64,000 nt of DNA from a virus (lineage: Duplodnaviria > Caudoviricetes): IMG/VR virus record IMGVR_UViG_3300028591_000078, positions 32,001-96,000 of that record, one strand, 5' to 3'. Both the position numbers and the translations under genes were made by a program. Position 1 is the stretch's first letter. Each line of letters begins with the position of its first letter. The notes below the pieces were generated by a model. It did no database searches, was not told where the DNA came from, and was given only the letters and a program-made list of their open reading frames with translations. Shown in pieces: positions 20,499 to 30,966 of this stretch.

Positions 20499-20960
20499 TT
20501 ATTTTTTGTTCTGGTTAGTATTAGCCTGTTGATTATTTGTATAATTAGTTCCAGGTTTCTGAACTGAGTTGTCAGCAATATTATTTTGCTGTCCAATATA
20601 ATCATTAACATGAGCTCTTATAAGATCTAGATAATTTTTAGATATTTCTACAGTAGCATTTGCTTTTGCACTAAAAATCAAACCAGCTCTAGTCTTATAC
20701 TCATTAAGCCCTTTCAGAAGGGTGCTCAAATACTTATCTATATCTTGTTTACTATTAGATGCATTTACAATACTTCTATCACCGGACTTCTGATAATCTT
20801 CTTTTGATGAATATTCTCCATTAACTGTACTAGAAGTAGATGCAGTAGTCGCAGAAACTCTAGATGGAGTATTATTTTTAGGAGCATTGGCATTAGCATT
20901 AGTAGTATTTATAGGAGTTCTAGGGTCTGCTTCGTGCAGATAATTTATATGAGCCCTCAT
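20499..20960 (-). CDS. Internal head protein family, C-terminal-half homolog
   Basis: FSAKANA...YLDLIRA aligns with the C-terminal helix of neighbouring paralogs; own GGAGGT RBS; ATGA overlap with the upstream ORF. Confidence 0.55.
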   Translation of the reverse strand: MRAHINYLHEADPRTPINTTNANANAPKNNTPSRVSATTASTSSTVNGEYSSKEDYQKSGDRSIVNASNSKQDIDKYLSTLLKGLNEYKTRAGLIFSAKANATVEISKNYLDLIRAHVNDYIGQQNNIADNSVQKPGTNYTNNQQANTNQNKK

Positions 20961-21871
20961 GAATTATTACCTCCTGCACTATTAGCAATTTTATCAGCTT
21001 CAGAATTTGCTTCCTTAGATTGATTTTTTAGATCATTAGTTACAGTATCTGATGCTTGTGTAGTATGCTGCTGCGGTTGCTGCTTACTATTTTCAATTTC
21101 TTCTTGAGATTTTCTTGCTTTAGTTTCAAAGACATTTACTATAGCTATACAGTTATCATCAAAAACCTTTGAATCTTTTTCAATATTAGCTTTGATTTTA
21201 TTTACATCATGGCACCATTCATACATATCAGTCATATTTAGACTACTATCTGTTGTAGGAATGACTCTTGCTTTTCCACCAAGATAATATTGTTTTAAAG
21301 CAGCTCCAACAGCAGCATTATCAGATCTCATATCAGCTGATATTTCAGCATTATGGTAAATCTTATTTATAGAAGCAAAAGCGCTAGAATGACCGGAAAA
21401 AATTTCATAAGGATTGTTTAATGCATCACTATTATTATCATTTTTCATGATATTAAGCAAAGCATCTGCTCCAGCATTTATATCATTAACTGTTAAAGCT
21501 TCTATTTTATCATTAAATATACGCTCAATTCCAACCTTATGGTTTGGAATCTCGACAGTAAATCCTTCTTTTACTTTTTTCTTTAAAATAATATCTTTAT
21601 ACTGTTCAACATATCCAGCTTGATTACTAAAAGTATTGGCAAGTTTTTCAAGAAATTTAGCAAATACTCTCTTAATCCAAGCCCTAAATTTATCCCAGTT
21701 ATTTTTGATTCTTTCTGTAGCAGCTTCAGTAAATATTTGAAGACGCTGTTCTATGGTTGCAGATTCAGTAATTCCTATACATGTATTAACATGATCTTCA
21801 AGGCTGAACTGCTCTTCCATAACAGATTCAAGATATCTCAGATAATCTAATTCCATGATATCATTATCCAT
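20957..21871 (-). CDS. Internal head protein family, N-terminal-half homolog
   Basis: FTEA...WDKFRAWIKRVFAKF motif shared with 21886, 23596 and 24744. Confidence 0.55.
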   Translation of the reverse strand: MDNDIMELDYLRYLESVMEEQFSLEDHVNTCIGITESATIEQRLQIFTEAATERIKNNWDKFRAWIKRVFAKFLEKLANTFSNQAGYVEQYKDIILKKKVKEGFTVEIPNHKVGIERIFNDKIEALTVNDINAGADALLNIMKNDNNSDALNNPYEIFSGHSSAFASINKIYHNAEISADMRSDNAAVGAALKQYYLGGKARVIPTTDSSLNMTDMYEWCHDVNKIKANIEKDSKVFDDNCIAIVNVFETKARKSQEEIENSKQQPQQHTTQASDTVTNDLKNQSKEANSEADKIANSAGGNNS

Positions 21872-21885
21872 AGTGTATTTACCTC

Positions 21886-23508
21886 CTATCTCCGTCTTTC
21901 TATCTCTACTTCACATTTAGTAATCCATGTGCTTATCTCATTTATTGTATCTTCTCTTAATGCTCCGCGCTGTTTTTCTTTTACATAATTGATACGTTCG
22001 CCGAAGCGTAATCCGCGCATTGCATTATAATCAGCACTGTCTAATGTTTGTCTAGAATTAAGACTTACATTATATCCACTATTTACTTTACCATCAAGCC
22101 CTATTTGCATTCCATATCCTGTATTAGTTCTTTTTAAGTTATCAAGAAGCCTATCACCAAACTCGGAATCAGGAATTTTAAATGCTGCTCTCCTAAGATT
22201 TATAAACATGGCTTTTGCATCTTTAAACAGTTTGATAGCTTGTTTCTTATCAGATTCTCTTAATCCTTTTGTGTATGTAGCTTTAGCTATCTTCATATCT
22301 TCAGAATTAAGAATTTCATGTTGAGCTTTATAAGCATCATGTGATTCAGTGATAAATGCCTCTTCACGAACACCCTGTATCTTATAAAGAGCTTTATAAA
22401 GTACAGTTTTATCCTGAACAAACATAGCTTTTGCTGCATCAAGCTTAGCACCAAATGCTAAAGCATGTATATTACTCATCTGCTGAACTTGATTTATTTT
22501 AGCTTTCTTATAAAGCTCAATCTGCTTCAGCAGAGTAGGAGAATTCATTCCGATGCCTAATACTATATTAGAGCTATAGTTATCACTAGCTTTTGTATGA
22601 GCTCCTAGTCCTAATGTAAGACTAAGTGTATCATTTTTACCCTCAGACTTAACCATAGTATCTAGCTCTTTCTTCATAGTATTGTAAGAATCATCAATAT
22701 CTCTCTTATTTTTTTCTATACTAGACTTAAGAGACTCATATCTCTTAAATCTATTAAGACAGTTATTAATATATCCACTAGTGATATCTATATTTTTCTT
22801 GTCAGATTCACCATTTCTGTATACTGCAAACAAAGCTTTATCAAAATCAGACTCATTGATATCATCATTTGATCCTATAACACGAGCTCTGAGCTCATCA
22901 TAATAAGAATTATTAAGCTTATCTATAAGATTATCATATTTATCAGAAATAGTTTTTTCCGCATCACTAATGGCTTTTTTGAGCTCGTCTCCGCTTTTAC
23001 CTTCCATAGTTTTAGCTATGTCTGCAAAATCAATATCTATATCATCAATCCATTCAGATTCTGGTTTTGCATTAGGTATATTTTCAGATAAAGTAAACTC
23101 ATATCCTTCAAAGTCAAACTTATGCAAATCATCTTTAAATTTTCCAAACTCTGATTCATGTTTCTTGAGATACTTTTCAGATTTAAGCATAGAGTTCATA
23201 TTAGTGATGAATCTCTGAAAGATTGACTTAAGGAATGCGAGAAACTTATCGATTATCTTTTTAACAGTATTGCTAAATGTTTCAAAAGATTCTGTTATAA
23301 GTTCTGTTTCACCATCAGATTCGAGCAATCCTGTATATAAAATCTTGGTAGCCTCTGTAAACTCATGATTATACTCTATAAGGAAATTTACAGTCTGATT
23401 AAAATATGATACATCTTCAAGTATCGTATCAGATACTGTAATATTATCAAGAGTAGGAGCCTTTACAGTAGCTTCATTCAAGATAGACATATCTAAGAAA
23501 TTAGCCAT
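21886..23508 (-). CDS. Internal head protein paralog
   Basis: 540 aa; LNEA/LLES/ITES putative head-protease sites; IIDKFLAFLKSIFQRF motif. Confidence 0.55.
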   Translation of the reverse strand: MANFLDMSILNEATVKAPTLDNITVSDTILEDVSYFNQTVNFLIEYNHEFTEATKILYTGLLESDGETELITESFETFSNTVKKIIDKFLAFLKSIFQRFITNMNSMLKSEKYLKKHESEFGKFKDDLHKFDFEGYEFTLSENIPNAKPESEWIDDIDIDFADIAKTMEGKSGDELKKAISDAEKTISDKYDNLIDKLNNSYYDELRARVIGSNDDINESDFDKALFAVYRNGESDKKNIDITSGYINNCLNRFKRYESLKSSIEKNKRDIDDSYNTMKKELDTMVKSEGKNDTLSLTLGLGAHTKASDNYSSNIVLGIGMNSPTLLKQIELYKKAKINQVQQMSNIHALAFGAKLDAAKAMFVQDKTVLYKALYKIQGVREEAFITESHDAYKAQHEILNSEDMKIAKATYTKGLRESDKKQAIKLFKDAKAMFINLRRAAFKIPDSEFGDRLLDNLKRTNTGYGMQIGLDGKVNSGYNVSLNSRQTLDSADYNAMRGLRFGERINYVKEKQRGALREDTINEISTWITKCEVEIERRR

Positions 23509-23595
23509 AATATCCTCCTTGTTAATAATTGTAAAGTAAATAGGGATTACCTTTCGGTAATCCCTATATATATCAAAGTATGAAATATACTTGAT

Positions 23596-24723
23596 TTACT
23601 TCAGAACTACCCCTGCGAGGAAGTCCATTGTTTTAGCCGATTCATAGACACCGGCACTCTCATTCTTCGACGACTTAGGCTTAACAGAAGCAGTGATAAC
23701 CTTAGTAATTATGTGCTTAGCCTGTGAAGCTTCATCCTTAAGAGCCTGGAGATATATACCATTTACAGTTGTTGTAATATCAAGGGATGCCTTCCAAAGC
23801 TCTATGACTTTACCATATCCAGACAGTTTAGAGCTCTTCTCCTCATCATTCTGGCTATCAGTCTTAGAGATCTTATTCTTTGCATTTTCGATAACTTTTA
23901 TCGTAGCATCAAATGTGCGCTTGAAACCATCAAAGGCAGTATTAGCTTCATTTTTAGTCTTACTATAATCTTTAAGAATATTACAATATGTGGTAATATC
24001 ACCAAGTTCGCTCTTTTTAAACGTTTCCTTAGTGTCCTTATCACTTCTGTATGCCTTAAAGATTGCTTTGTTGAATTCAGCACTGTCAAGTGTTTCTCCA
24101 ACATCAGCACCCACAGCTTTAGCAGCCAGTGAACGAGCTACAGGATCTACATCAAGCTCATTAACCTTTTTGATGAATTCATCAATATCTTCCTTACCTT
24201 CATCAGAAGAAATTCCATCAATATAAGAAGAATTTGTTTTACTGAACAGACCTTCCTTAATGGACTTATTTACTGTTTCAGGCTTAAAAGACTCGATAGA
24301 AAACTTAAATCCATTGAAAGTAAAGTCATCATCGAGCTTAGACCACTTATCTTCTGCTTCCTTCTGATACTTAGCAATGAACTTAGAGTCATTCTTAGAC
24401 ATAGAGCTCAGCCAAGCAAAGAATTTGTGAAAAATTTCCTTTATCTTGTCCCAGAGCTTAACGAAGAACTGTTTAACCTTCTCAAAGAAATTAGTAGCTC
24501 CAGCACCCTCATATACGATCTCGTAGCCATTCTCTTCAAAGAAGCTAAGTTCGCCGATACCGATAGCTTTCATAATTGTATTATAATTAGCTTCACTTTC
24601 AGCTACAAGCTCTATAGCCATAGCTGTATAGTTAGCACTTTCAAGAGCAGGAGTTACATCAGCCATCTCTGTAGAGAGAATGCTGCTTTCTGCAACAACG
24701 CTATTTGTAGAAAAAATTCCCAT
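23596..24723 (-). CDS. Internal head protein paralog
   Basis: 375 aa; begins MGIFSTN like 24744; VYEG...FFVKLWDKIKEIFHKF; terminator hairpin at 23541-23566. Confidence 0.6.
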   Translation of the reverse strand: MGIFSTNSVVAESSILSTEMADVTPALESANYTAMAIELVAESEANYNTIMKAIGIGELSFFEENGYEIVYEGAGATNFFEKVKQFFVKLWDKIKEIFHKFFAWLSSMSKNDSKFIAKYQKEAEDKWSKLDDDFTFNGFKFSIESFKPETVNKSIKEGLFSKTNSSYIDGISSDEGKEDIDEFIKKVNELDVDPVARSLAAKAVGADVGETLDSAEFNKAIFKAYRSDKDTKETFKKSELGDITTYCNILKDYSKTKNEANTAFDGFKRTFDATIKVIENAKNKISKTDSQNDEEKSSKLSGYGKVIELWKASLDITTTVNGIYLQALKDEASQAKHIITKVITASVKPKSSKNESAGVYESAKTMDFLAGVVLK

Positions 24724-24743
24724 AACTGTTATTCCTCCTGTTA

Positions 24744-25985
24744 TTATTCAGTGGCAACATAGTACATGTTGTCTATGAGCTCACATGCTTCATAGTATGC
24801 AGAGTCGCCTATAGCCGCAACAAGATCAGCATCTTCCTTCTTAGGACCATATGCAACAGCTGCAGCAAATATCTTACGTGCAGTAGTGCATGCTTCCTTA
24901 TAAGCTTTAACAGATGCACCAGCATATGTATTGAATACATCCTGCAGAACTACAGCCTTCTTATGAGCAAGCTGATATTTAGCCTGCCAGAATTTGATCT
25001 TCAGCATATCAGAATCTTTAGATGCATCAACTGTATCCTGTCTTGATGTATCTCTTTCTGTATCAGCTGTACCTTTCTCAGTAGTATTTAAAGTTTTAGC
25101 TATTGTAAGCTTTCCTTCTTTACCACTTCTGAGAACATCACTAGCCTGTTTCTCAAGCTTATTTATTGCGTCTATATAATACTTGATAGCCTTATCTGTA
25201 TTTTCATTGGTATCCTTTATTGACTTAAGTCCATCCTTGTTCTGGAGAAGCTCTCCTACCCAGCCATCAAGAACCTGTTCAGCTGTGAACTTTACATCAT
25301 CTTTATCTGCAAAGATGCGGCTGAAATAATCCTTTTCGAATGTAGACTTTGTTACATGCTCAGGAAGTCCATCGATATGTGCAGCAACGGCAGCCGAAAA
25401 TTCAGTATCGACATCGAAATCAGAAATCTGATCCTTAAGAGACTCAAGGCCCTTTTCATAAGCGCCATTTACGCCAGCACCTGTTGCTCCTGCAGAGGGT
25501 ATTATAAACTTATCATTAGATTTGAAAGCAGGGGTTAAGTTAGAAATAGTAATACCATCTTTAAGAGTACTACAGTTTACAGAGAAATCTTTGAAACTAT
25601 CTTTCTTGATACGAATATCCTGCTTGTACTTGTCATAGAATTTCTTAGAATCCTTCATAAAAGTAGCATCAAGCTTTGCAATAAAAGCTTTAAATATACC
25701 CTTGATCTTTTTACCAAGTGCAATGAAGAATTCCTTAAGCTTTTCCCAAGCACCATTAAGAGCGCCTTCCTGGAGAATGTATACTTCTTCAACAGATGCG
25801 CCTTCCTGAATAAGGCAAGCTTCCTGGAAGTCTGTTGCTATAATACCATTGAACAGTGCCATATCATTCTGATAGCCTTCGAGCATAGCTATAGCGGCAC
25901 CGATTTCACCATGATAACCTTCTGCAGCTTCGATTACTACGTCTGTGCCTACAGAATTATATCTATTTGTGGAAAAAATTCCCAT
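24744..25985 (-). CDS. Internal head protein paralog
   Basis: 413 aa; MGIFSTN start; LQEG...FFIALGKKIKGIFKAF; late promoter at 26055-26066. Confidence 0.6.
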   Translation of the reverse strand: MGIFSTNRYNSVGTDVVIEAAEGYHGEIGAAIAMLEGYQNDMALFNGIIATDFQEACLIQEGASVEEVYILQEGALNGAWEKLKEFFIALGKKIKGIFKAFIAKLDATFMKDSKKFYDKYKQDIRIKKDSFKDFSVNCSTLKDGITISNLTPAFKSNDKFIIPSAGATGAGVNGAYEKGLESLKDQISDFDVDTEFSAAVAAHIDGLPEHVTKSTFEKDYFSRIFADKDDVKFTAEQVLDGWVGELLQNKDGLKSIKDTNENTDKAIKYYIDAINKLEKQASDVLRSGKEGKLTIAKTLNTTEKGTADTERDTSRQDTVDASKDSDMLKIKFWQAKYQLAHKKAVVLQDVFNTYAGASVKAYKEACTTARKIFAAAVAYGPKKEDADLVAAIGDSAYYEACELIDNMYYVATE

Positions 25986-26078
25986 TGTATTTTCCTCCTT
26001 TTTGGATTTATAAATCTTTGTTGTTCTATAAGTCCCATAGTAGGCTTACAGATTTATTATTATGTTTATTTTACAGAA

Positions 26079-27263
26079 TTAGAATAAGACTGAGCCAGCA
26101 GAATCAGGTACCGAGTCTACCACCTCATCAGCCTTATACTTCTTATTAGAAGAAACTATATCTTTAGTTGCTTCTACTTCTGCAGTCTTGACCTTAATTG
26201 CAAGTGCATTAGAAATCTTCTTGAATGCATTTGCAATTCCATTCTGCTTAGCAAGTATCTTAGTCTTCTGCTCCTTATCAAGAGTCTTATTAGATTCTAT
26301 ATTAGAAGCATTCAACTGAAGAAGAGTTGCCTGAGCATCAAAGTATTCAGAGGTTCTTACTCTTGCATAATAGCCAAGGAAGATAAGTTCTCTTATAATA
26401 GGTATTATAGAGAATATCAGTGCTACTACTGCTATACCGCCGGCTATTACACCCATAGACAAGCCAGTAAGATTCTTTACATTGTTTCTTATGATATATT
26501 CACAAGACTTATCAACTTCGCCAGATCTACAAGCATCATTAAACTTCTTGACAGTTGTGAATACCATATGTTGTTTAGTTCTTGTCATAGCCTGCCTATC
26601 AAGAGTCATCTCAAATGTATCATTTGTAGGAGTCTTGATAAATGCTATAGTAGTGGAGATCAGATAAGAAGTAGCAGTTATAATTCCAAGTACAGTACCA
26701 TTATAAAGTACCATCGGAAGTTCTACCTTATATCTGAATGCTTTAGCAAAGAGTTCTTTACGTTCGAGAATATTATTGATAGCAATCTGAACGGTATCAA
26801 CAGGATCTGTAGGCTGCTTATATTCTTTAAGCAGTTCCTTCATAATATTGAGACAGTCTACTATCTTCTCGTAGTTAGAAAGCTTTGTGATATCACCCTT
26901 AGTGTCAGGAATCTCGCCAAAGTCTATATCATCTACCTTATCCATAATAGCATCATAAAGCTTAGAAGTAAGATTAACCATAATCTTATCCTGGTCAGCT
27001 TCATTAACTGCTAAGAGGATCTTTCTTGTATTAGAATCAGTTACATCAAAGAACTCATCCATCACTCTAGTAAATTCAGGAGAGCGATAAACTTCTCTGA
27101 AATAACTCATGTCAGCCTTAGGAGTAGGGTTCTGAGAATACTCAAAAATTCTACCATCATGTACATGATCTTCTTCAAGGCCCTGTTCATGCTTTATAGC
27201 AGCAACCTGAGTATCATGATCTGCAAGAACCTTCTTAAGCTCTTCATCACTATATAAAGCCAT
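26079..27263 (-). CDS. Putative virion structural protein
   Basis: 394 aa in the late operon; one hydrophobic segment (GVIAGGIAVVALIFSIIPII). Confidence 0.5.
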   Translation of the reverse strand: MALYSDEELKKVLADHDTQVAAIKHEQGLEEDHVHDGRIFEYSQNPTPKADMSYFREVYRSPEFTRVMDEFFDVTDSNTRKILLAVNEADQDKIMVNLTSKLYDAIMDKVDDIDFGEIPDTKGDITKLSNYEKIVDCLNIMKELLKEYKQPTDPVDTVQIAINNILERKELFAKAFRYKVELPMVLYNGTVLGIITATSYLISTTIAFIKTPTNDTFEMTLDRQAMTRTKQHMVFTTVKKFNDACRSGEVDKSCEYIIRNNVKNLTGLSMGVIAGGIAVVALIFSIIPIIRELIFLGYYARVRTSEYFDAQATLLQLNASNIESNKTLDKEQKTKILAKQNGIANAFKKISNALAIKVKTAEVEATKDIVSSNKKYKADEVVDSVPDSAGSVLF

Positions 27264-27277
27264 TAGTTACACCTCCC

Positions 27278-28564
27278 TTATCTCTGCATTTTTGTCATAA
27301 GGTTGATAACCTTCTTATATGCACCATCGGATGCTTCTCTCTCAAGGTGAGAGAAAGATATAGTCTCATACATATCATCGCCAGTATCATAGATAAACTT
27401 AGCAGTTTCAAGAGACTCATCACAGATAGCAATACTCATGAAGTTATAAGAACCCATGATAGCATATGCTGTCTTAGGATTTTCAAGGTTTATATTTTCA
27501 TTCTTCTTCAGATATTCAACTACATCCTGAGATACAAGAAGAGTTGAAACTGCAGAAGCATCATTAGACATCTTCATAGCCTGTCTAATCTTAGACTTCT
27601 TAGAACGTCTTTCAAGAATTCTCCAGATCTTAGAAGTCTTAGACTTGCTAGAATAAGACATAGCATCAAGCTTAGCCTTATCTATAGCAAACATGAAATC
27701 TTTTACAAAAGAGATTTCATTAGTAGTTGCTCTGATAAACTTGTTGAGCCAGTTATTATCAGAAATCTTAGACTCAATCTTATTGATAATTTCTCTAGAG
27801 TCTATAGGATAAAGTTTAGCTTTAATACCTATAACTACATGAGAAACTACAGGAGTATCTATATCCTTAACCTTCTGGTTAAAGGTTACTACCATAAGAG
27901 TGGGCATAAGCTCATTCGCCTTCTTTATCTCAGAAGGAAGAATTTGTTTATTAAACATCTCGTAGGTATTCTTCTCAGTATCAGCAAAATCTTTTGCTGA
28001 TTTACTCATATCAGAGTTATCCTCATTACATACTACCATACCATTCTGATACTGAGCATAATCACCGATAGAATGCTCTGAAATAGAATCAGGGAGATAG
28101 TAGTTAGAATCTCTGAGCTGCTGAGCAATCTCATCAAATACTTCATGATCTATCTCAGCCATATCCATAGCTTCAAGAGCATTAGCCGTCTTTTCTATTG
28201 TATCAACGATATTTGTTATAGATATATCATTAGATCCGAAGTCTACATTTGTATGTATCTTCTTAATATAATCTATAGCATTATCGGAGCTCGATATTGA
28301 TATAGCAGAGAAAAGCATCTGCATCATAGCTACAGCCTTACGTTCAACCGCTTTAGCTATCATTGATGCATTCTCTATAGATATATCACTACTGCAAATT
28401 ACAGGAAATGTAAGAATCATATCCTTTGTAGCCGAAGCTGCAGATCTGAAACTCGTTGTAGATTTTCTGTTAAGTAAAAACTGTACTTCATCGTAGTCCT
28501 TTATATCTGTAAGGATATCTACTACATCACGAACTACAGTCTCATGAATTGCACGAGAATTCAT
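27278..28564 (-). CDS. Putative virion structural protein
   Basis: 428 aa, late promoter at 28590-28601, GGAGG RBS. Confidence 0.5.
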   Translation of the reverse strand: MNSRAIHETVVRDVVDILTDIKDYDEVQFLLNRKSTTSFRSAASATKDMILTFPVICSSDISIENASMIAKAVERKAVAMMQMLFSAISISSSDNAIDYIKKIHTNVDFGSNDISITNIVDTIEKTANALEAMDMAEIDHEVFDEIAQQLRDSNYYLPDSISEHSIGDYAQYQNGMVVCNEDNSDMSKSAKDFADTEKNTYEMFNKQILPSEIKKANELMPTLMVVTFNQKVKDIDTPVVSHVVIGIKAKLYPIDSREIINKIESKISDNNWLNKFIRATTNEISFVKDFMFAIDKAKLDAMSYSSKSKTSKIWRILERRSKKSKIRQAMKMSNDASAVSTLLVSQDVVEYLKKNENINLENPKTAYAIMGSYNFMSIAICDESLETAKFIYDTGDDMYETISFSHLEREASDGAYKKVINLMTKMQR

Positions 28565-28638
28565 ATATTAACCTCCTTTAGTGGTATTTTAATCATATGT
28601 TGCCAAAAAATAAAGACCACCAGATTTAGACTTTATTT

Positions 28639-28971
28639 TTATTTTGAACTTACAGCATCAAGTAGTTGCTTAAATTGCTCTTCAGTAAGGGTTATATTAG
28701 TTATAGTAGCAGCATTCTGTGTAACAGAATTGGCATTGACTATATTGATATGATCAAACGGATTTGTTGGTTCGGAATTCTGTCCAAATGATGAGAAACC
28801 ATTGAATATCTTCTCAAGTCTTTCATCCTGTCTTCTTTCTCTTTCCAACTCTCGCTGTTTATCATATTCTCTAGCCTCTTCCATAGCTCTCTGTTCAGCT
28901 TTTGCATATGCTGCTATTCTTAAAGCCTCCTGATTAGGACCATTAAGTCCATAGTATCCTTTATTACTCAA
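28639..28971 (-). CDS. Hypothetical early protein
   Basis: 110 aa, TTG start with GGAGGT RBS, early-type motif at 29053-29068. Confidence 0.6.
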   Translation of the reverse strand: MSNKGYYGLNGPNQEALRIAAYAKAEQRAMEEAREYDKQRELERERRQDERLEKIFNGFSSFGQNSEPTNPFDHINIVNANSVTQNAATITNITLTEEQFKQLLDAVSSK

Positions 28972-29144
28972 AGCTTACTACCTCCGATTATTAATGCATA
29001 TTTAATAAACTGTCACGTGGTCGGTTGTAAACTTCCTAAAGTGGTCTTTATTTCATACTAATAATATATATCTATAAATCCCATTAGAAGTCAATCTGAA
29101 AACATCATATTAATCTAAAATCCTCAAGAAAGGATGAATTATGA

Positions 29145-30959
29145 ATGGCTGCTGATATTGAAATAGTTTATAAACCTGGTATAAAATATACAAATATCTC
29201 AGGGTCAGATTTAAAAGTATATGAAGGCCCAAGTCCTATTTATAAAGAAATGAATGCCATCTTTAAGAAGAATGACTCCATGACTATAACTAGAGTAAAA
29301 GGTGATTATGCTTATATTCCTAGTATAGGCGGATGGGTTTGTATTCAGAAGAATGGGAATCATTATGCAAAAATGTATGATCCTAACTGGAAAGGACAGA
29401 TTGATCAGTATCTCACAGATTATACCTCACCGATAAATAATGTTGTAGGTGATAAAGAGGTTGAAATGACTGAAAGTACATTAGTACAACCTAGTGTAAC
29501 TATGGCTGAAGCAGAGAAAGCTTTGGCTGAGTCTAAAAAGAAGGCTGATCAAGAAAAAGATAGAAAAGATGAAGTTACTGGTGAAAAGACTGATGAAATT
29601 CCTTATCAAAGTTGGTCTAACCGTAACTGGGTTCCGCAAGATGAGTTATATGGAGATAATAGTAATAGCTCACCACAGACTTTTACTGGTCAGGCTAGAG
29701 AATCTATGCAAGAGTTACAGAGAATTTCTCAGCAAGATTTTATTATACAGCCTAACCTTAGAAAAGAAAAACGCTTTGGTATGTTTGATAGAGTAGGAAT
29801 TCTTGATCCTACTGCTAAGATTATATCTACCAAAGAATATGTATTCTTTACAAAACCAGATCTTAATATATTTAAGAATGCAGAAGGTACTGCCTTAAAT
29901 GATGGTAGAGATTATAATGGTACATATATGTATGATGGCCTGGCTAATATACCGATATTCAGAGATGCTTTTGTAAGATATAAAGATGTACTCGCTCAGT
30001 TACAGTTATCTGTACATCTCAAAAATTATATCTACAATTCACCTTTTATGAATCTGCTCAGTAATAATATAAAGTCTCCTATAGACTTACCAGCAATATC
30101 TGCTGAAGAGACTGCTACTTCAGCAAATGCTTATGGTACAGCTATCACATATAGAGATTCATCTGAGAAATCAGATGATGGATTTGAATTCAATGTAGAA
30201 TTCGAAGATACTAAGTATCTTGAGATCTATATGCTATTCAAACTCTATGATGAATATGAAAGAAAAAAGAAACTCGGTATAGTAGGACCTAAAGAAAAAT
30301 ATATAGTAAATAAGGTTATACATGATCAATTTTCTGTCTACAAGTTCTTAGTAGGAGAAGATGGTGAAAGTATAATCTATTTTGCTAAATTCTATGGAGT
30401 ATATCCTAAAGGCGTACCGAGAGATGTAATGAATGAAGTTGGCTCAGATGGTAAAGTAAGATTTACTGTACCATTCAAATGCCAGTTTATGGATGACCAG
30501 GATCCTCAGATACTTGCAGACTTTAATGCTCTTACTAATCCTAATGGAGATTTTAAAAGAGAAATGTCTATGCCTGCAATAGATCCTGAAACACAAATGG
30601 GTAATATTAGATTTGGTATGGTTCCATTTATTACTCAAGAGAAGATAGATGAAGATAAAGCAGATGTATGGGAAAGAGTTAATAGATATAAGCTTAGATG
30701 GATAGAAAATATTGAAGATACTTCTCAGCATAGATATTTTAATCCTGCAAGCTATACCAATAACTCTATATCTCTTACAAGAGAAGAACTCCAAGCCCAG
30801 CTTGATAGTGATGATATTCTCAGAGGACATCAGCAAGATGTATATGATATTATGAAGAGAGCTGGTATGCAGATTTCTAATCTTAATGGTACAATGAGCT
30901 CGTATCTAAACCTAGCTTATTCTGCAATAATAAACGGATTACCTTTTACAGGACGGTGA
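29145..30959 (+). CDS. Putative baseplate/tail protein with N-terminal SH3b-like domain
   Basis: KVYEGPS...KKNDSMTITRVKGDYAY...GWV is SH3b-like; central YVFFTKPDLN...FYGVYP looks tube-like; precedes the baseplate wedge gene. Confidence 0.5.
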   Translation: MAADIEIVYKPGIKYTNISGSDLKVYEGPSPIYKEMNAIFKKNDSMTITRVKGDYAYIPSIGGWVCIQKNGNHYAKMYDPNWKGQIDQYLTDYTSPINNVVGDKEVEMTESTLVQPSVTMAEAEKALAESKKKADQEKDRKDEVTGEKTDEIPYQSWSNRNWVPQDELYGDNSNSSPQTFTGQARESMQELQRISQQDFIIQPNLRKEKRFGMFDRVGILDPTAKIISTKEYVFFTKPDLNIFKNAEGTALNDGRDYNGTYMYDGLANIPIFRDAFVRYKDVLAQLQLSVHLKNYIYNSPFMNLLSNNIKSPIDLPAISAEETATSANAYGTAITYRDSSEKSDDGFEFNVEFEDTKYLEIYMLFKLYDEYERKKKLGIVGPKEKYIVNKVIHDQFSVYKFLVGEDGESIIYFAKFYGVYPKGVPRDVMNEVGSDGKVRFTVPFKCQFMDDQDPQILADFNALTNPNGDFKREMSMPAIDPETQMGNIRFGMVPFITQEKIDEDKADVWERVNRYKLRWIENIEDTSQHRYFNPASYTNNSISLTREELQAQLDSDDILRGHQQDVYDIMKRAGMQISNLNGTMSSYLNLAYSAIINGLPFTGR

Positions 30960-30966
30960 TATATAA

